Shown here: positions 55,225-64,000 of the stretch, in pieces | Layout of the letters: each line of letters starts with the position of its first letter | Position numbering within the stretch: the stretch's first letter is position 1 | Source of the DNA: an uncultured bacterium | GTDB lineage: Bacteria > Acidobacteriota > HRBIN11 > JAKEFK01 | Reading direction: 5' to 3' | DNA length: 64,000 nucleotides | NCBI GenBank assembly: GCA_963777505.1 | Contig: CAVZQN010000004.1 | Span: 160,001-224,000, forward strand | Program-made: the position numbers and the translations under genes | The notes under the pieces: model-generated | Database searches by the model: none | What the model saw: the letters and a program-made list of their open reading frames with translations, nothing else | What the model was told of the DNA's origin: nothing

Positions 55225-58200
55225 ATGAGTCATTCTGCGACCCCTAGTATTCTTGTCGTTGAAGACGAAAGTTCGATTGCTATCCTTTTGAAGCAAATGT
55301 TAGAGGGGTTTGGTTACACAGTTTCTGCACTGGTAATGACTGGTCATGATGCGATCAAAATGGCCGGTGAACTTCATCCCGATCTTGTGTTGATGGATAT
55401 CCTTCTTGGCGGTGATTTAGATGGTGTGGGTGCTGCGGAACAGATTCGTGCTAATTATGATATCCCTGTCATTTATATTACCGGTTATGGTGATGAGAAT
55501 ACGATCCAAAGAGCCAAGCAATCGCGGCCTTCAGGATTTCTCCTTAAGCCTGTAAAAGAACGAGAACTTCGCGCTGCAATTGAAATTGCGCTTTTCCGCA
55601 ACAAAGAAAAACCACAAACTAAAGAAGGTCATTGGTCCATTCATGCCCTAAAGAATATGGTCGATCCCGTTATTGTTACAGATGATCGCGGCCATGTCGC
55701 TTTCATGAATTTACCTGCCGAAAATGTGACTGGATGGGCACTCAATGATGCGAAAGGACAACCTCTTACAGAAGTTTTCAATGTGAAAAAAGAGGCAACT
55801 GCGAATCTTACAGATAGTTCAGTTACAGCAGCCTTCCGCGATCAAGCCGTTCTTGTAAGTCGAGGCAAAGAAAAGTTGCCTATCGATTACAGCGTAGGCA
55901 TGATCCGTGATGATGGAGGTAAGTCCTCAGGATTTATTGTAACGTTCCGCGATATTACCCAACGCCAGCGGATGGAGGAAGTTCTTCGTGAGTCCCGCCG
56001 AAAATATAAGGAACTTGTGAATTCAATTGAAGGTGTTGTTTGGGAAGCTGACGGGGAATCGCATCGATTCTTTTTCGTAAGCAAACAAGCTCAAAGAATG
56101 TTCGGTTATCAATTGGCAGATTGGATCAATGATCCCGAGTTCTGGAAGAGTCATGTTGATCCCGCAGATAGAGATTGGGCAATTAGCTATTCACAGCGTT
56201 CGACACACAAAAAGAAAGACTTTTTGATGGAATATCGGATGTTGGATCGAGACGGCCATACAGTCTGGGTCCGCGATATCGTAAATGTCATTGCGGAAGA
56301 AGGTTATCCCGTAAAACTTCGCGGTGTGATGATCGACATCACAAAATTGAAACACGCTGAAGAAGCTTTAAGGCGAGCTCATGATGATTTAGAAAAGCGG
56401 GTTCAAGAAAGAACAGCAGAATTATCGGAAGCTGTTTCCAAGCTTCGAACCGAGATTGAAGAACGGCAACGGGTGGAAGCTGCGTTGCTGGAAAGCGAAC
56501 AGAAATACCGAACCCTCGTTGAAGGTATGAGCGAAGGGATGGTGCAGGTAAATTCCAGAAATATCGTTGAATTTGTAAACGACCGTTTTTGCGAACTAAC
56601 AGGTTTATCTCGCAGCGAAGTTCTTGGTTATGACGTCACTGATGTTTTGTTCAGATACATGCCAACAAAAGATGATCATGGACCTGCATTCCAGGCTCTT
56701 TCTGTTGTGCAGGAATTGCCATTACGAACAAAATCAGGTCACACAGTGTGGGTGCGCATCAGCGGTGCGCCGATGGTAGATTCTCGCGGAGAGATTATCG
56801 GCTCAATCGGCATTATTACCGACATAACAGTAAGACGACAGGCTGAAGAAGCATTGCGTGAAAGTGAAGAACGTTATGCGCTTGCCGCGCGTGGTGCCAA
56901 TGATGGATTATGGGATTGGAATCTTAAAACGAATGAAGTTTATTATTCGCCACGCTGGAAGGAAATGCTTGGATGGGATGAGCCCTCCATTAGCAACAGT
57001 CCTGATGAATGGTTTCGCCGAATTAATACCGATGACGTCGATCGTGTAAAGACAGGATTGGCTACCCATCTTGAAGGTCTGACTCCACATTTCGAAAATG
57101 AACATCGAATGTTGCATCGCGATGGAACATACCGTTGGATGTTAACACGCGGTGTGGCTGTGCGTGATTCCAGCAATAAAGCATCACGTCTTGCTGGATC
57201 CCAAACCGATATAACAGAACGAAAGCTTGCAGAAGAACAACTTTTGCATGACGCATTCCATGACGCTCTTACAAATCTATCAAATCGCGCGTTGTTCATG
57301 GATCGTCTTGCGGGAGCTGTTGCTCGTGCGCGACGCCGCGAAGATTATTGGTTTGCGGTGTTATTCCTTGATATTGATCGCTTCAAGGTTGTGAACGACA
57401 GTCTTGGTCACATCGTTGGAGATCTGCTGCTGATTGCAATTGCCCGCCGTTTAGAAATCTGTTTACGTCCAGGTGACACTGTCGCGCGGCTTGGTGGTGA
57501 TGAATTTGCAATCTTGCTTGAAGATATTTCTGATGTCAGTGATTCAATTCGCGTGGCAGAAAGAATTCAAAAAGAATTGCAATACGCATTTAATTTGAGT
57601 GGTTATGAAGTTTTTGCAACTGCGAGTATCGGAATTGCGCCAGGCTCCTCGGCGTACGAGCGAGCTGAAGACATTTTGCGAGATGCCGATACTGCAATGT
57701 ATCGCGCAAAAGCTTTAGGACGCGCGCGTCATCAGGTTTTTGACAAAGCAATGCATGCACGTGCAGTGGCTCTTCTACAGCTTGAAACAGATTTGCGTCG
57801 TGCAGTTGAACGAAATGAATTCCGTCTTTTTTATCAACCTATCGTTTCCTTTCAAACCGGACAAATGTATGGCTTTGAAGCTTTAATTCGGTGGATTCAT
57901 CCTGAAAAGAACATCGTTTCACCTGCCGAGTTTATTCCGGTTGCAGAAGAAACAGGTTTGATTATCCCGATCGGCCGGTGGGTTTTAAGAGAAGCTTGCA
58001 GGCAGATGAAGGATTGGCAGTCGACGTATCCAGATTTACCGCCTCTTACAATCAGCGTAAATCTTTCTGGAAAGCAGCTCTCTCAACCTGATTTAATTCA
58101 TGACATCAAAACAATTCTGAGTGAAACGGATCTGGATCCCTCTTTCCTGGAATTGGAAATCACAGAAAGCGTGATCATGGAAAATGCTGAACATGCCGCT

Positions 58201-58611
58201 GACATGCTTTCTCAACTTCGGGATCTTCGCGTTCAGATTAACGTCGATGATTTTGGAACCGGATATTCATCCTTGAGTTACCTGCATCGCTTCCCTGTAA
58301 ATAATTTGAAAATTGATCAATCATTCGTTTCACGAATTGGAATTGATGAAGAGAATTCTGAAATTATCGGAACGATTCTGACACTGGCCCGCAATTTAGG
58401 TATGGATGTAATTGCAGAAGGTGTTGAAACGAAGGAGCAACTGGTTCATCTGCAGGATCTTGGATGCGAACAAGGACAGGGTTACTATTTCTCAGTGCCT
58501 GTAGATCATCAAGGTGCATCATTGTTGATTGAAAATATGGGAAGTATTCTCGCACCGGGACCCCTGACTGTTCCTGCCGGCCGCCGCGTTCGCGCAGTTA
58601 AGAAGAAATAA
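55225..58611 (+). CDS. REC-PAS(x4)-GGDEF-EAL diguanylate cyclase/phosphodiesterase
   Basis: REC VVEDE/LMDI/KP, four PAS/PAC repeats, RPGD I-site and RLGGDEF, FEALIRW, DDFGTGYSS, AEGVE. Confidence 0.95.
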   Translation: MSHSATPSILVVEDESSIAILLKQMLEGFGYTVSALVMTGHDAIKMAGELHPDLVLMDILLGGDLDGVGAAEQIRANYDIPVIYITGYGDENTIQRAKQSRPSGFLLKPVKERELRAAIEIALFRNKEKPQTKEGHWSIHALKNMVDPVIVTDDRGHVAFMNLPAENVTGWALNDAKGQPLTEVFNVKKEATANLTDSSVTAAFRDQAVLVSRGKEKLPIDYSVGMIRDDGGKSSGFIVTFRDITQRQRMEEVLRESRRKYKELVNSIEGVVWEADGESHRFFFVSKQAQRMFGYQLADWINDPEFWKSHVDPADRDWAISYSQRSTHKKKDFLMEYRMLDRDGHTVWVRDIVNVIAEEGYPVKLRGVMIDITKLKHAEEALRRAHDDLEKRVQERTAELSEAVSKLRTEIEERQRVEAALLESEQKYRTLVEGMSEGMVQVNSRNIVEFVNDRFCELTGLSRSEVLGYDVTDVLFRYMPTKDDHGPAFQALSVVQELPLRTKSGHTVWVRISGAPMVDSRGEIIGSIGIITDITVRRQAEEALRESEERYALAARGANDGLWDWNLKTNEVYYSPRWKEMLGWDEPSISNSPDEWFRRINTDDVDRVKTGLATHLEGLTPHFENEHRMLHRDGTYRWMLTRGVAVRDSSNKASRLAGSQTDITERKLAEEQLLHDAFHDALTNLSNRALFMDRLAGAVARARRREDYWFAVLFLDIDRFKVVNDSLGHIVGDLLLIAIARRLEICLRPGDTVARLGGDEFAILLEDISDVSDSIRVAERIQKELQYAFNLSGYEVFATASIGIAPGSSAYERAEDILRDADTAMYRAKALGRARHQVFDKAMHARAVALLQLETDLRRAVERNEFRLFYQPIVSFQTGQMYGFEALIRWIHPEKNIVSPAEFIPVAEETGLIIPIGRWVLREACRQMKDWQSTYPDLPPLTISVNLSGKQLSQPDLIHDIKTILSETDLDPSFLELEITESVIMENAEHAADMLSQLRDLRVQINVDDFGTGYSSLSYLHRFPVNNLKIDQSFVSRIGIDEENSEIIGTILTLARNLGMDVIAEGVETKEQLVHLQDLGCEQGQGYYFSVPVDHQGASLLIENMGSILAPGPLTVPAGRRVRAVKKK

Positions 58612-58614
58612 ATT

Positions 58615-59616
58615 CTACTGAATTTCCTTTTTACGATCGTAAAGTACCTGAACTAACTTTCCACCTGCCCATGCATACAACGAAGAGCCATCAGTGGCGA
58701 TTGCTGTCACTGGAAAATCGCTCACACGGATCCAATGCCATGCTAGCTCTGAGCGAACAATCAACGAACCATCAAGCGTTCCAAACCATGGTTCATTGCG
58801 ATAGAGAATCGCTGCATTGATCGAATTCAGATTTAGATTCTGACGCGCAAACCGGATCCGTTTCCAGCCACCCTCCTGAATGTGAAGAATGCCATCTTGT
58901 TCGGTCGCTGCGAATATTCCTTCGCCAGAACTAACAATGCTTGAAAATATTCCTTTCCTGGGCATATACGCAGCGGGAATAAATGACCGGCTTCTTTGAA
59001 ATCCATTCTTTTTCAAAATTTCCAATCCATTCGATGTTGTTAAAAGGAGTCCGCTTTCGTGAGTCGCAACTGAAGAGATGTACTGCGAAGCTCCTGTAGA
59101 GCGTGCATACTGATCTTGCGTTGAGGTTACAAACAAACCTTCAGTTGTGCCGAAGAAGACAGAATCTTCATCTTCAGTTCCTGAAATCGGAACAACGCCT
59201 TTTGGAAAGTAAACGTTTCTTCGAATTTCTGTTCCTTCATAAAGTGAAGCCTTTTGGGATGTCAGTACCCAGACTCCTTTACGTCCGGCGAATAATCCAT
59301 ACACTGTCTCAGGAAAAATCATATTCGTTAATTCATTCGTGCTAACCGAGTAGATGTACGGGCCACCTTCGGCGGAAGTCAGCCACAAGTTGCCATCAGA
59401 ATCAAATGCCATATTTGTAATCAGGTCCGGCAATTGCAGGCCTGTTTCCAAAAGAGCTGCCGGCGCCCGGAAGATGCGTGTGAATGGGGCTGTTTGGGTC
59501 GAAGCACCTGGCGCCGGCGAGGAAGCTGAGATCCGGAGAATTGATGGGCGTTGAATCGCGGCCACAAGTAAGACCGGAGCCGCAATTAAGATGACTACAA
59601 ATAATGCTTTCCGCAT
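58615..59616 (-). CDS. Exported hypothetical beta-propeller protein (two-component regulator propeller-like)
   Basis: Signal/TM N-terminus. ITNMAFDSDGNLWL, FFGTTEGL and WFGTLDG repeats. Confidence 0.65.
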   Translation of the reverse strand: MRKALFVVILIAAPVLLVAAIQRPSILRISASSPAPGASTQTAPFTRIFRAPAALLETGLQLPDLITNMAFDSDGNLWLTSAEGGPYIYSVSTNELTNMIFPETVYGLFAGRKGVWVLTSQKASLYEGTEIRRNVYFPKGVVPISGTEDEDSVFFGTTEGLFVTSTQDQYARSTGASQYISSVATHESGLLLTTSNGLEILKKNGFQRSRSFIPAAYMPRKGIFSSIVSSGEGIFAATEQDGILHIQEGGWKRIRFARQNLNLNSINAAILYRNEPWFGTLDGSLIVRSELAWHWIRVSDFPVTAIATDGSSLYAWAGGKLVQVLYDRKKEIQ

Positions 59617-59651
59617 ACACTCTTGTCGATGCAATAAGCATGCCGCTAGAT

Positions 59652-59757
59652 TTGTAGTAAGGCACGCTGCTGAGCGTAGGCGAAGCAGTGCCGTAAAGAC
59701 AATTCAACGGCACTGTTCGGCCGCATGAATGCGACCGAACTGCGTGCCTATCTACGA
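59652..59757 (+). repeat. About 100-bp multi-stem GTAG-bounded REPIN/MITE-like element, copy 2
   Basis: TTGTAGTAAGGCACGC...GCGTGCCTATCTAC. Homologous to the reverse complement of 31462-31562. Confidence 0.8.
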
Positions 59758-59805
59758 ACACAAGTTGCGTCTATCTATACACAGATCTAAACTGTGGAAG
59801 TTAAT

Positions 59806-60603
59806 ATGAATTCAATTCTTTCGAAGTTTTGGGAACGGTATTCGCTTGATGAGTTAGAGCCTGATTTTGCGAACTTAAGCCGGATCGCTGGCGCGTTTTC
59901 AAATCTTCCTTATGAAAACGTCACAAAAATATTGAAAGATGCCAGAAGTACATCTGTCGGTCAAAAGCTTCGTAGAACCGAAGAAGTTCTTCAGGATCAT
60001 TTGCGTTGGAACACAGGAGGAACCTGCTTCTCATTGTGTAATGCACTGGCTTCTATTCTTGAAAATTGTGGCTTTCAGGCGTTTATAGCGATGGCAGATA
60101 TGCATTATGGTCCGAATATCCATTGCGCTGTTATTGTTTCTCTGAATGAAAAACGGTATCTGATGGATCCAGGCTATTTGTTACATGAGCCAATTATTTT
60201 GCCAGACGTAGCAATGGAAGTTGAACGAAAAACTCCAATGAACACTGTGTTTATTCGTCACGAAGATATCAACACATTTTCTTTGTATACGTTAGAATCG
60301 GGACAACTCAAGTGGCGTTATCGCTTACATACAATTCCTGTAAGCGCGAAAGAATTTGAAGGTCATTGGATTCATTCTTTTTCACTTAACAGTATGGAGC
60401 ATGTAACATTGTCCCGGCTTGATCAGAACGGACGCCTTTATTTCCGCAAAAATCGTTTGGAAAAAGTAAATGAGCTGCAAAGAATTCAATCGCCGTTTCG
60501 CGACTCAGAGACCGGTGAGTTATCCAAAATTTTTGGAATGCCTTCAGATTTGATTCTAAACGCTCGCAAGATTTTACTGGCGCGCCCTCGCCTGCAAGCT
60601 TGA
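59806..60603 (+). CDS. Arylamine N-acetyltransferase family protein
   Basis: LPYEN, GGTCFSL (Cys), IHCAVIV (His), YLMDPG (Asp). Confidence 0.85.
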   Translation: MNSILSKFWERYSLDELEPDFANLSRIAGAFSNLPYENVTKILKDARSTSVGQKLRRTEEVLQDHLRWNTGGTCFSLCNALASILENCGFQAFIAMADMHYGPNIHCAVIVSLNEKRYLMDPGYLLHEPIILPDVAMEVERKTPMNTVFIRHEDINTFSLYTLESGQLKWRYRLHTIPVSAKEFEGHWIHSFSLNSMEHVTLSRLDQNGRLYFRKNRLEKVNELQRIQSPFRDSETGELSKIFGMPSDLILNARKILLARPRLQA

Positions 60604-60607
60604 ACTC

Positions 60608-61141
60608 ATGGCAGCAATTGAATCAGTTGCTCCAGTCAAGCTGTTTGTTGTTACCCTTCACAATGAAATAGAAATTCTGGAGAATTCCGCAGTTGATCTT
60701 TACGAACACTTTGGTAAGAGTGATTTGATCAGCGAAGATTTTGCGTTTGATGTTACCGGCTATTACGAAAATGAAATGGGATCAAACCTTTTTCGCCGGT
60801 TTTATTCATTTGAAAAATTGATTTCCCCCGAACAGATTTCAGAAGTTAAGCTTTTAACCAACAGTATTGAAGAAAAATATCGAAACGAAAAAGGGAGACG
60901 GATAAATCTGGATCCAGGATACCTGGATACATACAAAGTTGTTCTTGCATCCGCTAAATTTGGTGGACAAAAAATCTATCTGGGGAGCGGAATCTATGCA
61001 GATATGACTCTGGTAATGTATAAAGGGCAATGGGAACCGTTTGCGTGGGGATTTCCAGATTTTAAGTCGCGCAGATATGATCCGACCCTTTCAAAAATTC
61101 GGGACCTTTACAAAGCCCAGATGAAAAATCGCTCAATTTAA
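60608..61141 (+). CDS. DUF4416 family protein
   Basis: TGYYENEMG.NL.RRF, RRINLDPGY, VVLASAK, IYLGSGIYA, WGFPDF. Confidence 0.85.
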   Translation: MAAIESVAPVKLFVVTLHNEIEILENSAVDLYEHFGKSDLISEDFAFDVTGYYENEMGSNLFRRFYSFEKLISPEQISEVKLLTNSIEEKYRNEKGRRINLDPGYLDTYKVVLASAKFGGQKIYLGSGIYADMTLVMYKGQWEPFAWGFPDFKSRRYDPTLSKIRDLYKAQMKNRSI

Positions 61142-61302
61142 GTTAAGCGGGGCCTCAGCAAGGAATAGACTGCGTAAAGAACGACTCCGATAAACGCGAT
61201 CCACAAGGCAAATCCAAACAGCTTAAAAAACAAAAATTTGATAATTCCCAGTGCAACCATAAATCCCAGCACCAGAATTATGAGCCTGAATAGAAATTTC
61301 AT
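61138..61302 (-). CDS. Small 54-aa two-TM membrane protein (absent from the ORF track)
   Basis: MKFLFRLIILVLGFMVALGIIKFLFFKLFGFALWIAFIGVVLYAVYSLLRPRLT. SD GAGGT. Its stop overlaps the DUF4416 stop (TTAA). Confidence 0.7.
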   Translation of the reverse strand: MKFLFRLIILVLGFMVALGIIKFLFFKLFGFALWIAFIGVVLYAVYSLLRPRLT

Positions 61303-61350
61303 TGGTGAACCTCGCATAATATATATAAACGAATCAGCATCCTAAAAGTT

Positions 61351-62346
61351 TCAAAGAGGCTTTGAGTCTTTGCGGTTTTCCGTTAACTGCATAATGGCGT
61401 GATATAACCGCTTCACATCAGGCGCGTCAGGAGCTTCATGGTATAGCGTGGTTATTTCAAGGCGTGCGCGGTCATAATGGCGTGTTTTCAATGCCATATT
61501 AACAAGAAACATACAGCGTTCGTACGAATGTGGACGAATGCTTTCAGAAAGACTGCATAGTTCAAATGCTTTTTTCGGCTGATTCAATTTGTAGTAACTG
61601 TAGGCCAGCAAATACAACGCAGCCGAATGATGCGGATGATCATGTCTGATTTTTTCAAGGTGATGTTTCGCATCATTAAAGCGATGTGTGCGAAACGCTT
61701 CCAGTGCTTGATCGAACAAAGGTTGTAAATCTTCTTTTAGAGGTTCGGAGCTCTCCAAAAGAGATGCGTAATTGATTTGTTCCGGTTCTTGAATCACAGC
61801 TAACGCCCTGAGCTCATCTTCAGCAACTCTTCCTGCAGATTTCTGCCAGAAAAGGAAAGCAGAAGCTGCAAGAACTAACGCAGCTGCTACTGCCATGAAT
61901 GATTGAATCCAGGAAGGCGAAAATTTCGGTCGATGCTCTTCTCGTTTTTCCAAATCTTTCAGCCAATTGAATTCCTCAGTACACATTTCACATTGGGAGA
62001 GATGCGTTTCAATTCTTTGAACTTGTAAAATTGAAAGAGACTGCCTTTCGAAAAGATAGCAATCCAAAAGTTCACTTGAAGGACATTCGGCGGCCGGAAC
62101 TGAATCATCCAGCCGGATCAATGTAACGTTTTGGAACTCTTTTAATGCTTTGCTGCACTGCGCGCATTGAGCAAGATGATCCTCAAACTTTTTGTGTGTC
62201 GATTCGTCCAGTTCCGATTCAGAGTATGAGGCAAAGAACAAAGCCCTGGCGTTTTCGGCGTTTTCATGTGGATACTGTTCTTTGTAAAAGGCTGAATCCA
62301 CGCATACTTTTGTTAAAACGGTCAATTTCTCACTCTTTTTTCTCAT
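61351..62346 (-). CDS. Anti-sigma factor with two zf-HC2 motifs, TM helix and TPR domain
   Basis: HLAQCAQC and HLSQCEMC, TM MAVAAALVLAASAFLFW, TPR ALYLLAYSYY. Confidence 0.82.
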   Translation of the reverse strand: MRKKSEKLTVLTKVCVDSAFYKEQYPHENAENARALFFASYSESELDESTHKKFEDHLAQCAQCSKALKEFQNVTLIRLDDSVPAAECPSSELLDCYLFERQSLSILQVQRIETHLSQCEMCTEEFNWLKDLEKREEHRPKFSPSWIQSFMAVAAALVLAASAFLFWQKSAGRVAEDELRALAVIQEPEQINYASLLESSEPLKEDLQPLFDQALEAFRTHRFNDAKHHLEKIRHDHPHHSAALYLLAYSYYKLNQPKKAFELCSLSESIRPHSYERCMFLVNMALKTRHYDRARLEITTLYHEAPDAPDVKRLYHAIMQLTENRKDSKPL

Positions 62347-62356
62347 TTAGTTGCCA

Positions 62357-62941
62357 TTAAAGGTCAAAATCTTCTGTAAAACCCCGCTGCTTCATCAGAG
62401 ATGAAAGCAGCTTTTTCCCTTTATGAATTCGGGACGAAACCGTGTTAATAGGAAGATTGAGTTCTTTCGCAATTTCATCGTAGCTTTTGTCTTGAAGTAC
62501 TCTTAATTCAAGTGTGCTTCTATAAGCTTCAGGAAGAAGTCCAAGCAAGTTTTGTATAATTTCTCTTCCTTCTTTTACCGAGAAACTGTAATCCGGAGCT
62601 GCTTTTTCATCTCCAGGTATTTCCGTATCTTCCAGGATTTTTCTATATATTTTCCCGCGTTTCAGTGTATTTTCGCGTCTGTATTTTTGAAAGACTGTCA
62701 CACGTGCCACGCGGTAAACATACGTACTGAGCCTGGATTTTCCCTGAAAAGAACTACCTCCAGAAATTAACTGCAAATAAATTTCGTGCAACATTTCTTC
62801 GCGGTCTTCGGGGTTTGATAAAGCTCGTCTGAGCAATGCTTGAATGGGGCGTGACTCTTTTAAATATTTAACAAATAGTTCTTCTGCTGCAATGCGGTCA
62901 CCTTCGCGGGCGCGTTTAAAAAGGTCTATCTCGTAATTCAC
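62357..62941 (-). CDS. ECF sigma-70 family RNA polymerase sigma factor
   Basis: AREGDRIAAEEL, FQGKSRLSTYVYRVA, LPEAYR...SYDEIAKELNLPINTVSSRIHKGK. GTG start. Confidence 0.92.
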   Translation of the reverse strand: MNYEIDLFKRAREGDRIAAEELFVKYLKESRPIQALLRRALSNPEDREEMLHEIYLQLISGGSSFQGKSRLSTYVYRVARVTVFQKYRRENTLKRGKIYRKILEDTEIPGDEKAAPDYSFSVKEGREIIQNLLGLLPEAYRSTLELRVLQDKSYDEIAKELNLPINTVSSRIHKGKKLLSSLMKQRGFTEDFDL

Positions 62942-62953
62942 AGGTGAATGTTA

Positions 62954-64000
62954 TTACCGTTTTCTGGATGCACGTTCATTCGAATCGTTTGAATAGGTAA
63001 ACACACCGCGATCCGTTCCTGCCAACAAAAATTGTTTGTTCGCAGGGTCACGTAAAATAGTCCAAACAGCGAATGGTCCAGGCCCATTCCCTCCGAAACG
63101 ATTCCAGTTTTCTCCGCCGTCTTTTGTAACAAACACGCCTGCTTCTCCGGCTACATACAATTCATTTGATTCTTTGTTTCCAAAGTAAAGTGAATTGAGC
63201 CATCCATCCGGCAGACCCGTACTTTTCTTCGACCAATTGATGCCGCCATCGATACTTTTGAAGACTGAAGTATAAGTGCTCACGTACAAAACTTTTGGAT
63301 TCATTTCATCAAAAACGATATCGCGGATTGATGTATGATCGAGGCCTTTGATCGAATGCCATTCAGTTCCGCCATTTTCGCTGCGGTAAAGTGTTCCGCC
63401 TCCGGTTCCGGCAAACACACGATCTTTATCCGATGGATGAACAGCAATTGTCCATATATCTTTTTCAACCACGCCTTTGTTTATCAATTTCCATGTTTTG
63501 CCCTGGTCCATGCTTTTAGCAATTCCCTGTGGAATTGATTTTTCGTTTTGTTTCATAAAAGGCGCAACATAAATGATTTGTGGATCAGAAGGATCAAACG
63601 CTACGCATCGGCTGCAGCCGTAATTCACACCGGAGTAGGGGCTTCGGATTTGCCATGTCTTTCCGCCGTCCTGGCTCAAGCTTAAAGCACCTCCCGATTT
63701 TCTATAGCCTGCAACAACAATGAGATTCGATTTCTTAGGATGCATTGTCAGATCACTGACCCAGAAAGTAGATCCCTGGCCCTTCAGAAAAAGATCCCAA
63801 GTCTTTCCGCTGTCACGTGATTCAAATGCTTGCTGTCCGCCTACTGCAAAGAATCTACCTGATTTTGAAGGATCCGCAGCCAGCCGGACAATATTTAACG
63901 CGTCCAGTCTTTCATTTACAGTTTCCCAGGATCTGCCTGAATCCATTGAGCGGAATATTCCTCCGCCGAAACCTCCAACAAAGACGATCTGCGGATTCAG
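62954..64000 (-). CDS. WD40/YVTN/BNR-repeat protein, 5'-partial
   Basis: Multiple S.D.G.TW Asp boxes. The reading frame is open to the window edge. Confidence 0.8.
   Translation of the reverse strand: MNPQIVFVGGFGGGIFRSMDSGRSWETVNERLDALNIVRLAADPSKSGRFFAVGGQQAFESRDSGKTWDLFLKGQGSTFWVSDLTMHPKKSNLIVVAGYRKSGGALSLSQDGGKTWQIRSPYSGVNYGCSRCVAFDPSDPQIIYVAPFMKQNEKSIPQGIAKSMDQGKTWKLINKGVVEKDIWTIAVHPSDKDRVFAGTGGGTLYRSENGGTEWHSIKGLDHTSIRDIVFDEMNPKVLYVSTYTSVFKSIDGGINWSKKSTGLPDGWLNSLYFGNKESNELYVAGEAGVFVTKDGGENWNRFGGNGPGPFAVWTILRDPANKQFLLAGTDRGVFTYSNDSNERASRKR

Noticed and set aside
11968-59757. Repeats as a CRISPR array
   Set aside because: Copies are dispersed or inverted, with no regular repeat-spacer period and no cas genes.
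428-63538. Numerous 60-137 aa ORFs antisense to or nested in long genes, and 44823..45020
   Set aside because: They are shadow frames without recognisable motifs. 44823..45020 is a translation of a REP doublet.

Overview
A gene-dense bacterial chromosomal window of about 40 CDS and one tRNA-Asn. No transposase, integrase, prophage or CRISPR array is evident. The gene mix (TonB receptor, alpha-2-macroglobulin, two ECF sigma/zinc anti-sigma pairs, Ser/Thr kinase-TPR, PD40 amidohydrolase, VPS10/BNR proteins) indicates a diderm environmental bacterium, plausibly Acidobacteriota-like (inference only). Highlights: (1) A stand-alone single-module NRPS (C-A-PCP-TE) read in frame into an Sfp-type PPTase, with a degenerate C-domain motif. 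A hidden TAA-AA-ATG in the linker means the fusion must be verified. (2) A winged-helix regulator locus with one palindromic operator (ACTTTG-N5-CAAAGT) before both its own operon and a ferritin-like/yjbQ operon. (3) Several families of GTAG-type REP/REPIN and nested palindromic elements in the intergenic gaps. (4) Five frameshifts, each equal to one extra base, in four genes between 31.6 and 49.6 kb, which look like consensus sequencing errors. (5) ECF-type promoter motifs ahead of three envelope genes, and an unannotated 54-aa membrane protein. All calls come from motif reading; no database search was run.
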